Of a stretch of 64,000 nt of DNA, positions 37,227 to 55,006 are shown piece by piece. Source of the DNA: Anaeramoeba ignava BMAN (Eukaryota; Protista; Anaeramoebae); NCBI GenBank assembly GCA_028826165.1, contig JAPDFW010000080.1, positions 310,001 to 374,000 on the forward strand. The letters run 5' to 3'. Made by a program: the position numbers and the translations under genes. How positions within the stretch are numbered: the stretch's first letter is position 1; each line of letters begins with the position of its first letter. The notes beneath the pieces were generated by a model. That model searched no databases, was not told where the DNA came from, and worked only from the letters and a program-made list of their open reading frames with translations.

Positions 37227-38664
37227 ATGAATAAAAAATCTTTAGGTTATGATTATGATTTTTTATTTAAATTTTTATTTATTGGAGATTATGGAGTTGG
37301 AAAAACAAAAATTTTAATAAGATTTTCTGATAATGAATTTGGTGATTTTCCTCTTTCAACTATTGGAGTTCAATTTAAAATAAAAACAATAGAAATTGAA
37401 GGAAAAATAATTAAATTACAACTTTGGGATACATCTGGTCAAGGTTTTTATAATTAAAATAATTTAAAATAATTCAATTTTTAATTTAATTTTAATTTAA
37501 CTTAATTATTATTTTCCAAATTTTAAAGAACGTTTTAGAGCACTTACTCCATGTATCTTTTCTTAAAAAAAAGAAAATTTATTTCAAAAAATTAATATTA
37601 ATCCAAAATCAATCCAAAATTATTTCATTATTATTTAAGCTTATTATAGAGGAGTTCATGGAATTTTTTTAGTTTATGATATTACTAATCAAGATTCTTT
37701 TAATAATATTAAAACAAGATGGATTGAAGATATCAATAAATATGCAAATGAAAATATTCAAATTATTTTAATTGGAAATAAAAATGATTTAGAAGAAAAA
37801 AGAATAATTTCAAAAGAAGAAGGAAAAGAACTTGCTGATAAATTACAAATTCCTTTTTATGAAGTTTCTGCTAAAAATAATATTAATATTGATGATGCTT
37901 TTTATCATTTAACAACAAATATTCTTGAAAATATTGATGAAGATGAAAATATAATTAAATATTCAATTCAAAATGATTTTAAACAATTATTTGAAAGAAA
38001 AGAATTATGTGATTTTGAAATTGAATGTAAAGATGCTCAAAATTCTCTTAATAAAATCAAAATTCCAATTCATAAATTAATTATTCAAAATAGATTAAAA
38101 ATTAATGAAAATCAAATTAAAAATGAGTTATATTCAATTTTATCACAAAATTCAGAAAAAGAAGTTAATATTTTATTAGAATGGATTTATTTTGGAAAAG
38201 TTTTATATTCAAATTTATCAATTTTAAAAGAATGGAAAAATAAACTTTCAAATATTTGTGAAATTGAATTTAAAAGAGGAACAAAATCATTTTTAAAAGA
38301 TTTAGAAATATTAATGAATTCAGAAGAAACTAAAGATTTTCAAATTATTTCAAATAAAAAAAAAATCAAAGTTCATAAAATAATATTATTAGCCAGAAGT
38401 GAATTATATCGAGGAATGTTTATTAATGTAACTGAAGATAAAACCAATCAAGTTCATGAATACAGTAATAAACAACTTAAAACTATTCAATCATTAATTC
38501 ATTTTTTTTATACTGATAAACTTCCAAAAATTGAAAAATCAATAATTTATGAAGAATTAAAAGAATGTGTTGATTATTTTCAATTAAATTCAACAAGATT
38601 AATTCAAATTATTCAAAAAATTGAAAATGAAAAAGAAAAAGAAAAGAAATGTTTAATTTTTTGA
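37227..38664 (+). CDS. Rab GTPase-BTB-BTB-CaaX fusion, copy 3
   Basis: Exons 37227-37443, 37529-37552 and 37640-38664. [37 protein letters not shown]; ends KKCLIF. Confidence 0.9.
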
Positions 38665-38724
38665 AATTTAAAAAATATTTTTTTTCATTTTTTCATTTTT
38701 CATTTTTTCAATTAATGAATTATA

Positions 38725-40295
38725 ATGCAAAATAAAAAAGAAAAATATGATTTTTTATTCAGAATTCTTATGCTTGGAGATTCTGGAGTTGGAAAAACAA
38801 GTTTATGGAAAAGATATTGTGATAATTTTTTTACAGATAAATATACCTTCAATGTTGGAGCTGATTTCAAAACAAAAAAAATAGAAATTGAAGGAAAAAT
38901 AATTCAATTACAAATTTGGGATGTAGCTGGTCAAGGTTTTTATAATTTAAAAACAATTTAAATTATTCAATTAATTTAAATTAATTTTTCAATTTATTTT
39001 TAGCTCGTTATAGAACAATTACTTCATGTATCTTTTTTAAAAAAAAGCAAATTTATTCTAAAAATCAATAATTGAAAATCAATCCAAAATTAATCCAAAA
39101 TTATTTCATTATTATTTAAGCTTATTTTAGAGCAGCAAAAGGAGTTCTTTTAGTTTATGATATTACTAATCAAAATTCTTTGAGAAATATTAATGGTTAT
39201 TGGATGGAAGAAATCAAAGAATTTACAGATGAAAATCTTCAAATTATTTTAATTGGAAATAAAAATGATTTAGAAGAAAAAAGAATAATTTCAAAAGAAA
39301 AAGGAAAAGAATTTGCTGATAAATTACAAATTCCTTTTTATGAAGTTTCTGTTAAAAATAATATTAATATTGATGATGCTTTTTATCATTTAACAACAAA
39401 TATTCTTGAAAATATTGATGAAGATGAAAATATAATTAAATATTCAATTCAAAATGATTTTAAACAATTATTTGAAAGAAAAGAATTATGTGATTTTGAA
39501 ATTGAATGTAAAGATGCTCAAAATCCATTTAATAAAATCAAAATTCCAATTCATAAATTAATTATTCAAAACAGATTAAAAATTAATGAAAATCAAATCA
39601 AAAATGAATTATATTCAATTTTATTACAAAATTCAGAAAAAGAAGTTAATATTTTATTAGAATGGATTTATTTTGGAAAAGTTTTATATTCAAATTTATC
39701 AATTTTAAAAGAATGGAAAAATAAACTTTCAAATATTTGTGAAATTGAATTTAAAAGAGGAACAAAATCATTTTTAAAAGATTTAGAAATATTAATGAAT
39801 TCAGAAGAAACTAAAGATTTCCAAATTATTTCAAATAAAAAAAAAATCAAAGTTCATAAAATAATATTATTAGCCAGAAGTGAATTATATCGAGGAATGT
39901 TTATTAATGTAACTGAAGATAAAACCAATCAAGTTCATGAATACAGTAATAAACAACTTAAAACTATTCAATCATTAATTCATTTTTTTTATACTGATAA
40001 ACTTCCAAAAATTGAAAAATCAAAAATTTATGAAGAATTAAAAGAATGTGTTGATTATTTTCAATTAAATTCAACAAGATTAATTCAAATTATTCAAAAA
40101 ATTGAAAATGAAAAAGAAATTCAAAATCAAAATCAAAATCAAAATCAAAATCAAAATCAAAATCAAAATCAAAATCAAAATCAAAATCAAAATCAAAATC
40201 AAAATCAAAATCAAAATCAAAATCAAAATCAAAATCAAATTCAAAATCAAAATCAAAATCAAAATCAAAATCAAAAGAAATGTTTAATTTTTTGA
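38725..40295 (+). CDS. Rab GTPase-BTB-BTB-CaaX fusion, copy 4 (long NQ linker)
   Basis: Micro-exon 39004-39027. GDSGVGKT, NVGADF, WDVAGQARYRTITSSYFRAAKG, SVK; (NQ)n then KKCLIF. Confidence 0.9.
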
Positions 40296-40366
40296 AATTT
40301 TAAAAATATTTTTTTTCATTTTTCATTTTTCATTTTTCATTTTTCAATTAATTAATTATTTATAAA

Positions 40367-41842
40367 ATGAATAAAAAATCTTTAGGTTATGATTATGATT
40401 TTTTATTTAAAATTTTATTTATTGGAGATTATAGAGTTGGAAAAACAAGTTTATGGAAAAGATATTGTGATAATAAGTTTGGTGATTATGATTTAAGTGT
40501 TGATTTCAAAATAAAAATGATAGAAATTGAAGGAAAAATAATTAAATTACAAATTTGGGATACATCTGGTCAAGGTTTTTATAATTAAAAATAATTTAAA
40601 ATATTCAAATTTAAATTCAAAATTAATTTTTAATTTAATTTTTATTTTCCAAATTTTAAAGAACGTTTTAGACCAATTCCATCAGGTTTTTTTTAAAAAA
40701 AAACAAATTTATTTCAAAAAATTAATATTAATCCAAAATCAATCCAAAATTATTTCATTATTATTTAAGCTTATTATAGAGCAGTTCATGGAATTATTTT
40801 AGTTTATGATATTACTAATAAAGATTCTTTTAATAATATTAATAATTTTTGGATTGAAGAAATCAAAAAATATGCAAATGAAAATCTTCAAATTATTTTA
40901 ATTGGAAATAAAAATGATTTAGAAGAAAAAAGAATAATTTCAAAAGAAGAAGGAGAAGATTTTACTGATGAATTACAAATTCCTTTTTATGAAGTTTCTG
41001 CTAAAAATAATATTAATATTGATGATGCTTTTTTTCATTTAGCAACAAATATTCTTGAAAATCTTGGTAAAGATAGTCAATTAAAAACAAGAATCAATGA
41101 AAGAAATAAATATACAATTCAAGAAGATTTTAAACAATTATTTGAAAGAAAAGAATTATGTGATTTTGAAATTGAATGTAAAGATGATCAAAATCCATTT
41201 AATAAAATCAAAATTCCAATTCATAAATTAATTATTCAAAACAGATTAAAAATTAATGAAAATCAAATCAAAAATGAGTTATATTCAATTTTATTACAAA
41301 ATTCAGAAAAAGAAGTTAATATTTTATTAGAATGGATTTATTTTGGAAAAGTTTTATATTCAAATTTATCAATTTTAAAAGAATGGAAAAATAAACTTTC
41401 AAATATTATTTGTGAAATTGAATTTAAAACAGGAACAAAATCATTTTTAAAAGATTTAGAAATATTAATGAATTCAGAAGAAACTAAAGATTTTCAAATT
41501 ATTTCAAATAATCAAATAATCAAAGTTCATAAAATAATATTATTAACCAGAAGTGAATTATATCGAGGAATGTTTATTAATGTAACTGAAGATAAAACCA
41601 ATCAAGTTCATGAATACAGTAATAAAGAACTTAAAACTATTCAATCATTAATCCATTTTTTTTATACTGATGAACTTCCAAAAATTGAAAAATCAAAAAT
41701 TTATGAAGAATTAAAAGAATGTGTTGATTATTTTCAATTAAATTCAACAAGATTAATTCAAATTATTCAAAAAATTGAAAAAGAAATTCAAAATCAAAAT
41801 CAAAATCAAAATCAAAATCAAAAGAAATGTTTAATTTTTTGA
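40367..41842 (+). CDS. Rab GTPase-BTB-BTB-CaaX fusion, copy 5
   Basis: Micro-exon 40662-40685. GDYRVGKT, shortened switch I (DYDLSVDF), WDTSGQERFRPIPSAYYRAVHG; ends KKCLIF. Confidence 0.9.
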
Positions 41843-41915
41843 AATTTAAAAAATATTTTTTTTCATTTTTTCATTTTTCATTTTTCATTTTTCATTTTTC
41901 AATTAATTAATTATA

Positions 41916-43334
41916 ATGCAAAATAAAAAAGAAAAATATGATTTTATGTTTAAAATTGTATTAGTTGGTTTTTTTGAAGTTGGAAAAACACAAATTTTAT
42001 CAAGATTTTGTGATAATCAATTTACAGATGAATATGAACAAACTATTGGAGCTGCTTTCAAAACAAAAACAATAGAAATTGAAGGAAAAATAATTAAATT
42101 ACAACTTTGGGATATATCTGGTCCAGGTTTTTATAATTAAAAATAATTTAATTTAATTTAATTTCAATTTTAAATTATTTTCCAAAATTTAAAGAACGTT
42201 TTAGAACAATTACTCCAAGTATCTTTTCTTAAAAAAAAAGCAAATTTATCTCAAAATATTAATATTAATCCAATATTAATCCAAAATTATTTCATTATTA
42301 TTTAAGTGTATTTTAGAGGAGCAAAAAGGTTTTTAGTTTATGATATTACTAATCAAGATTCTTTGAGAAATATTAATGGTTATTGGATGGAAAAAATCAA
42401 AGAAGTTACAAATGAAAATCTTCAAATGATTTTAATTGGAAATAAAAATGATTTAGAAGAAAAAAGAATAATTTCAAAAGAAAAAGGAAAAGAATTTGCT
42501 GATAAATTACAAATTCCTTTTTATGAAATTTCTGTTAAAAATAATATTAATATTGATGATGCTTTTTATCATTTAACAACAAATATTCTTGAAAATATTG
42601 ATTATAATGAAGATGAAAATATAATTAAATATACAATTCAAAATGATTTTAAACAATTATTTGAAAGAAAAGAATTATGTGATTTTGAAATTGAATGTAA
42701 AGATGACCAAAATCCTCTTAATAAAATCAAAATTCCAATTCATAAATTAATTATTCAAAATAGATTAAAAATTAATGAAAATCAAATCAAAAATGAGTTA
42801 TATTCAATTTTATTACAAAATTCAGAAAAAGAAGTTAATATTTTATTAGAATGGATTTATTTTGGAAAAGTTTTATATTCAAATTTATCAATTTTAAAAG
42901 AATGGAAAAATAAACTTTCAAATATTTGTAAAATTGAATTTAAAACAGGAACAACATCATTTTTAAAAGATTTAGAAATATTAATGAATTCAGAAGAAAC
43001 TAAAGATTTCCAAATTATTTCAAATAATCAAAAAATCAAAGTTCATAAAATAATATTATTAGCCAGAAGTGAATTATATCGAGGAATGTTTATTAATGTA
43101 ACTGAAGATAAAACTAATCAAGTTCATGAATACAGTAATAAACAATTCAAAACTATTCAATCATTAATCCATTTTTTTTATACTGATGAACTTCCAAAAA
43201 TTGAAAAATCAAAAATTTATGAAGAATTAAAAGAATGTGTTGATTATTTTCAATTAAATTCAACAAGATTAATTCAAATTATTCAAAAAATTGAAAATGA
43301 AAAAGAAAAAGAAAAGAAATGTTTAATTTTTTGA
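41916..43334 (+). CDS. Rab GTPase-BTB-BTB-CaaX fusion, copy 6
   Basis: Micro-exon 42195-42218. GFFEVGKT, QTIGAAF, WDISGPERFRTITPMYFRGAK, SVK; ends KKCLIF. Confidence 0.9.
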
Positions 43335-43396
43335 AAATAAAAATTTGAATGATTTACAATAAAAGAAAAAAACCATTTTCTAAATAAAAAATATTT

Positions 43397-44520
43397 TTAA
43401 ATATCTTCAGTATCATAATAAAGCTGTTCCTTTTTTAAATTGTTTAATTTAGTTTGAGCAACAAACCATTTCTCTTCAAAATTATTTGAACGATCAATAC
43501 CATCCCACCAAGGACCAGGAGGGATATTAAATCTATTTTTAGAATGAGGACCATTATAAATTTTTTTTGGTTTAGGAATTATTGTTGATCCATCAAGATG
43601 ATAATATTTTTTATTTGAATTTTCATTTGAATTTTTTAAATTTTCATTTGAATTTCCATTTGAATTTTTTAAATTTTCATTTTTTGAATTTTCATTGAAA
43701 TTTTCATTTTTTGAATTTTCATTGAAATTTTCATTTAAATTTTCATTTGAATTTGAATTTTCATTCAATTTATCCTTGTGTTTCTTTCTATGTTTTCTTT
43801 TTTTTTCCTTCTTTTTTTCCTTCTTTTTTTGTTTCTTCTTTTTTTTCTTCATTTCCTTTTTATCCTTTTCATTTTCATCAACAATATCAATATAATTTTG
43901 CAAAGGATCACCCCATCTTTGTTTAGATTTATAATAATCATTAAGTTCTTCATCATCAGAATATTGAGTAAATTTAGTATCATTTTTTGCCAGTTCAAGT
44001 TCTTGTTTTTTCTTGTCATTTTTCCCAATTCCCCATTCCATTTCAGCTTCATCTGTTTGAATATATTCACCTCTTTGTTGGTTTAAAAATTCATTTAACA
44101 TTTCTAATTTTCTTCCATGTCGATCAACTGGAAATTCTTCTTCTTTTTGTTTTCTTTGTTTAATTTTATATTGATTTTGTTTTTGAAAATTTCTAGTATT
44201 TTCTGTTGAATTTGAAACTGTTTTCCAACTTCCTGTTGGTTTATTTTCCTTTAAATCTTTTAAATTAAATATAAATTAAATTTTTAAATTAAATTTTTAA
44301 ATTAAATTTTTCAATTAAATTTTTAAATTAAATTTTTCAATTAAATTTTTAAATTAAATTTTTATTTACTTTTTATATTGGAAAGATCAATAAATTGTGT
44401 ATTTGTGTTATTTTTTAAAAAGTCCTCATCTTCATCTATAATTTTTATTCCTTTTTGTTTAGATTTTCTTTTTTTAATTTTTTTTTTTGTTTTATCAATA
44501 TATTTTTGTTTATCAGACAT
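43397..44520 (-). CDS. BUD13: RES complex splicing factor BUD13/CWC26
   Basis: Exons 44520-44370 and 44256-43397. RWGDPL, NRFNIPPGPWWDGIDRSNNFEEKWF. Confidence 0.9.
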
Positions 44521-44741
44521 TTTAAATGAAAAAAAAAAATGAAAAAAATAAATTATAATTTATAAAAATTTTTAGTAATTTTTATTTGGTTTTTTTTTGT
44601 TTGGTTTTTTTAATAAAAAAAAATTTTTTTTCTTTTTTTTTTTATCTTGAAAGAAATCATTTTTTTTTGTTTCTTTTTTTATTTTCTTTTCCAATTTTTT
44701 CTTTTTAAAACAAAAAAAAACACAAAAAACAACACTTTTCA

Positions 44742-47700
44742 ATGTCAACCACAAATAAATCACTTTCTTCTTGGATTTTGAAATTAAAAGGAAGTAGTAT
44801 TAATTTTATAAATAATGATAAAAAGCTTTCTTATCAATTATGCGAATTAATAAATGCAATTATTCCAAATAAAATACCAAAAATTTCAATGTAAATTAAA
44901 ATTCATTTTAAAATTAATATCAATATTAAAATTAATATCAATATTAAAAATAAAATCTAAATTAAAATTAAAATTAATATCAATATTAAAATTAAAATCT
45001 AAATTAATATTAAAATCTAAATTAAAATAAAATTCCAATTAAAATCTAAATTAAAATCAAAATCTAAATTAAAATTAAAATTAAAATTAAAATTAAAATT
45101 CATTTATAAAATTAAAATTAAAATTAAAATCTAAATCTAAATTAATATTAAATTAAAATTAAAATCTAAATTAAAATCAAATCAAAATTAAAATTCAAAT
45201 TAAAATTCAAATTATAAATTAAAATTAAAATTAAAATTAAAATTAAAATTAAAATCAAAATTAATATTAAAATTAAAATTAAAATTAAAATTAAAATCTA
45301 AATTAAAATTAAAATTAAAATTAAAATCTAAATTAAAATCAAAATTCCAATCACCATCATAAATTAAAATTAAAATTAAAAATAAAATTCCAATTAAAAT
45401 CTAAATTAAAATTAAAATCTAAATCAAAATTAAAAATCTAAATTAAAATTAAAATCTAAATCAAAATTCAAATTATAAATTAAAATTCATTTTGAAATTA
45501 AAATTAAAATTAAAATTAAAAATAAATAGGTTTGATTCAATATACAATTACAAGCAATTCCTCTTATTCTGCCAAGAATATGGTGTCTCCAAGGAATTCT
45601 TATGTACACCATTAGACATAATCAAAGACCCAAACAAAGATTATCTTTATCCAATTTTAATTGAACTCAAAAAAATACATGAAAAAAAACAAAACAAAAA
45701 CATCAAAAAATATTTATTCGTTCAACACACAGAAGAAATTTATCAACAAAAAAACTGGAAAGCACCCCAAGAAATTCCACTAACACAACAAGAAACAATT
45801 CAAAATTTAACATTAAGTAACAAAGCACTTGAAAAAACACGAAAAAAGGCAAAAGCGTATTTTATTGAAGGAAAAGTAGAATTTCCAGTCAAACTTGTTA
45901 ACCTAGCAAACACAAAAAGTGATGAAATTGAAGATGATTTTGAAGTGAATTTGTATATGGATTCAGAAAGAATTAAAATATTGATTTTCAATGAAATTTA
46001 CATTGAACATAAATCGCTTGAAAAAACAGAAATTAAATTATTATATGATAGTAAAGAATCAGATCTAATGATGTTGCAGATGAAGAATTTGCCACCGGTT
46101 TATATGAGATGCTCAAGTTCAACAGATCGACATATAATTGGACTTACCTTTTATTTATTCCAAACTTACTCACACCCACAACATTATCTGGAGATTTTTT
46201 CTCGCAACAAAGCAAAATTTCTCGGCGAAGAACTCGAGAAATCCATGGTTGTGGAAAAACTAGCAAAAAAAGGAAACGTTATTTTTGAGGAACTTCGGAT
46301 TCTCAACAATGATTCAAATCTTGAAAATTGTTCGCTTCAACTGGAGGCTGATCGAATGTATATAATTTTTGAAACGCTTTCGACACCGCCAATTCTGATC
46401 ACTTTTAGCGAGTTTTTCCGCGCAAAGTTTGACCAGAATAGCGACCATAACATTTCTTTTGAATATGGGGAATATGTTGCAGAAAAAATAATCTTCATAT
46501 TTTGCAAGAATAAATTGATTCGCGATTTAATTTGCAGTTGTGTTAATGAATTCCATTCGAATTACAAAAGAATAGTTAAAGAAGACGAGAAGGTTTTTGA
46601 AGGACAAAGAAAGCGAATTGAGGAAAAAAATCCTGTTGTTCATCAGCCGATCAATTATCATGAATTCGAGTGCAAGGTTCATGTTAATAACCAAATTATT
46701 GAAAAGGCACAAATTTTTGTGGAATATAATGGTCTCAAAATCGTCTGCAATAATTGTACTTATACAAGTTTATATAATAAATTTTCAGGGATTATGCATC
46801 ATGAACAAGCAAAGAATTTGCTGTGTATTTCTTTTGATTTGCTTCCAAATTCATCTCTTGTGATTGAATTTCCAACACAAAAAAAGGCAGAAGAATTTTC
46901 AATTTATTTCAGTATTTTCCAGAACTTAAATGATGTAAAAAAAACGCAATCAATAACACCTCAATCAACTAATAGCAAAGAGGAAACGTTCCAAGCATTT
47001 TTCCACACGATGAACACGGAAGGAGTCGAGGAGGGTGCTATTACGATCAAGGAGCAAACAATGGTGCTCATTTTTTCAGGAATGCATTTTGCTCGTTTGA
47101 TTGAAAACTCGAATATTTTTTGGCAGCCTTGCTCTTCTTATTGCACAGCAATTCTCGACAAAAAAAAGCAAGTCATATTCCACTTCAGCGGCCAAAATGT
47201 GCGATGCAAGTTTATTGAGGATTATAATCGCCAGAGGACGCTGAACAATCTTTTCAAGGCGCAAGTTAACGCGTTCGAGAAAAAAACACTGGAAAACAAA
47301 AACAAACCCTTTTCTATATTTAAAGTTGATTATGGGAAGACCTTTTTCCAATTTACAGACAAAATCAAGATCAAAATTGATCATCAAGAAATCCAGTTTT
47401 TTGTAAAAGACCAGATTTTGCATGCATTTTTTAACGATCCTAATTTGGGATTTAGTACTTTGGAAACTCACCCAAAAATCTTGAAAATTAAATTCTCGGG
47501 CGATTCTGAAATTGTTATTCGGTTTGCAAATATAAATGATGCAGAAAAAGCAACGAAAATCATCAAGAAAAATCTGGTGAAAAACCGAATGGAAAAAGAC
47601 TCGAAAAATTTTTCGCGAACAGCAATTGAAGAGGAGATTCGGAATTTGGAAGAAATACGAAGAATCAAAGACCAGGAATATATGGTGAGAATGGCAGTAG

Positions 47701-49469
47701 GGCATCACCAATCAGAAGAACTAGAACAATCCATTCATAAGCCAGCATTTTATCCTTATTTAGTGACGACGAAGGATGATGTTGAGGGGAATATGCAGCG
47801 CTCGATAGATTTTGCGTGGCATGCGATTGCAAGATTTACTCGGCATTATTCAATGGATCGTTCAGGCGTCGATAAAGTAATCCTCAACTTTGCAAATGGG
47901 GAAGCAATGTTCAAAATTTTGCTGATGAAAAATGGAGTTGTTGACCAGGAAGCACACATGCATATCGATAAACACGGATTCTTGATCAAGTTCAGTCATC
48001 AATCAGAGAATTTAATATATTATACTTTTGGAGAGAATAATCCAGCAAGAATTCGCAGGGGAAAGAAATTTGTTGACTTTGTTCTGAACGCGGCGGATCA
48101 AGAAATAATGTTCGAAGTAGATTCGCTTGCGAACAATTATATTTTATGGAAAAGTTTTTTGATGATTCAGTACTACACACCCAAGAAAATCCGCGCGCTC
48201 GAATTACCCGCATATATTCTCGATGAAGAAGACGAAATTAACGCTCTTCTTCTTCGGTTCTTCTCAGAATCGCCGACTTTCGGTGTTGAAGTTTTCTTTT
48301 CTTCTTCCAAAATTTCTGCGAGTGTAAAAGTGGATTGGGTGCAAATCTCAATTTTTCTTCAAAACGGCCAGCAATTCTATTTTCCTTGGTCGGAGCACAC
48401 AACCATGTTTTATCTTGATTCGTATTCCCGTCGAGTCATTAAACTTAGCGGCATTTCTCAAGATAGTTATATTGCTCTTTATCTCGTTCTTAATAATCAT
48501 GTTTCTGCTCGTGCTCTTTATCTTTGCTTCCTTATCTTCAGGTTCTTTTCTCTTGATGAACCTCTTAAAAAACCCGCTTTTATTAATGATACTCTTATGA
48601 ACCGTTTCCATTCTATTTTGAACTCAAAGAATTCTCTTCTTTCTTTCTTAAAAAACTTCAGTAATTTTGATGAATTTGCTGATTTTTTTTCGATTGATTT
48701 AGAATTTGATCAAAAAGATTTGGATAATTTTTTACCAGTTCAAAAAAAAGAAAATCAAAATCAAAATGAAATTGAAATTGAAATTGAAAATAAAATTGAA
48801 AATGAAAATAAAATTGAAAATGAAAATAAAATTGAAAATCAAAATCAAATTGAAAATCAAAATCAAAATCAAAATCAAAATCAAAATCAAAATCAAAATC
48901 AAAATCAAAATCAAAATCAAAATCAAAATCAAAATCAAATTGAAAATCAAATTGAAAATCAAAATCAAAATCAAAATCAAAATCGCAGTTTTTCTCAAAT
49001 TCCAAGAACTAAACGAGTTGTAAGACTTGAAAAAGATCTCCAAAAAAAAGACAGAAAAAAACAAAATATTCTTCATAGTTATACTAAGTCTTCTTTTGAA
49101 CAAACTGATATTGATCAAATTAAACAGAAAAAACAAGAAGAACTTGAGTTAAGAGTTTTTCAAGAAATACAAAATATTTGGTCCAAAGTTCCTGTTAATT
49201 TGAATGTTTTGATTCAATTAAATACTAAATTTATTCCTGCAATTCTTAAAATAAATAAGAAATTTCTACAAATTAGAAGTCAAAATTTGAAAAAAAATTG
49301 GAAAAGTAAATGGAAAAGTTTATCAATTCAAAATTTGGATAAAAATTCTCTTTTTGTTGTTTTTCGATTTGCTAAAAATCAAGTTTTATCTTTATATTTT
49401 GATTCTTTATATGAACTTTTATTGTGTGTTTCTGCAGTTAATTATAAGCAAAATTTAAAAAGAAAATGA
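44742..49469 (+). CDS. Large protein (~1360 aa) with an N-terminal calponin-homology domain and repeated PH-like segments
   Basis: Exons 44742-44890 and 45530-49469. The spliced N-terminus LSSWI..LCELINAIIPNKIPKI..NYKQFLLFCQEYGV..CTPLDI is CH-like; the remainder alternates beta-rich blocks with amphipathic helices. Confidence 0.65.
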
Positions 49470-49894
49470 AATGATTTTAAAATAAAAAATTTAATTTAAA
49501 ATTGAATTAAAATTTTTTTATTTTTCTTTTTGAAACTTTTTTTATTTTTCTTTTTGAAACTTTTTTTATTTTTCTTTTTGAAAATTTTTTATTTTTCTTT
49601 TTGAAAATTTTTTATTAAATTGTTCCAAAAAAAAATCAAATCAAATCAAACCAAACCAAATCAAAAAAGAAAGAATAATGAAAAGAATAAAAAAAAAATA
49701 AAATGGAAAAAGGAAAAAAATCTCAACAAGATCCATTTTGAAATCAAATAAAATGAAATCAAGTAAAATAAATTGAAATAAAATAAATTGAAGTAAAATA
49801 AAGTAAAATAAATTGAAGTAAATTGAAGTAAATTGAAATAAATTGAAATAAATTGAAATAAATTGAAATAAAGCAAATTCAAAATTTGGAAAGA

Positions 49895-55006
<5,112 letters not shown>

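Noticed and set aside
47076-47711. 211-aa antisense ORF inside the CH-domain gene
   Set aside because: No recognisable motifs; expected by chance opposite a GC-richer coding strand.
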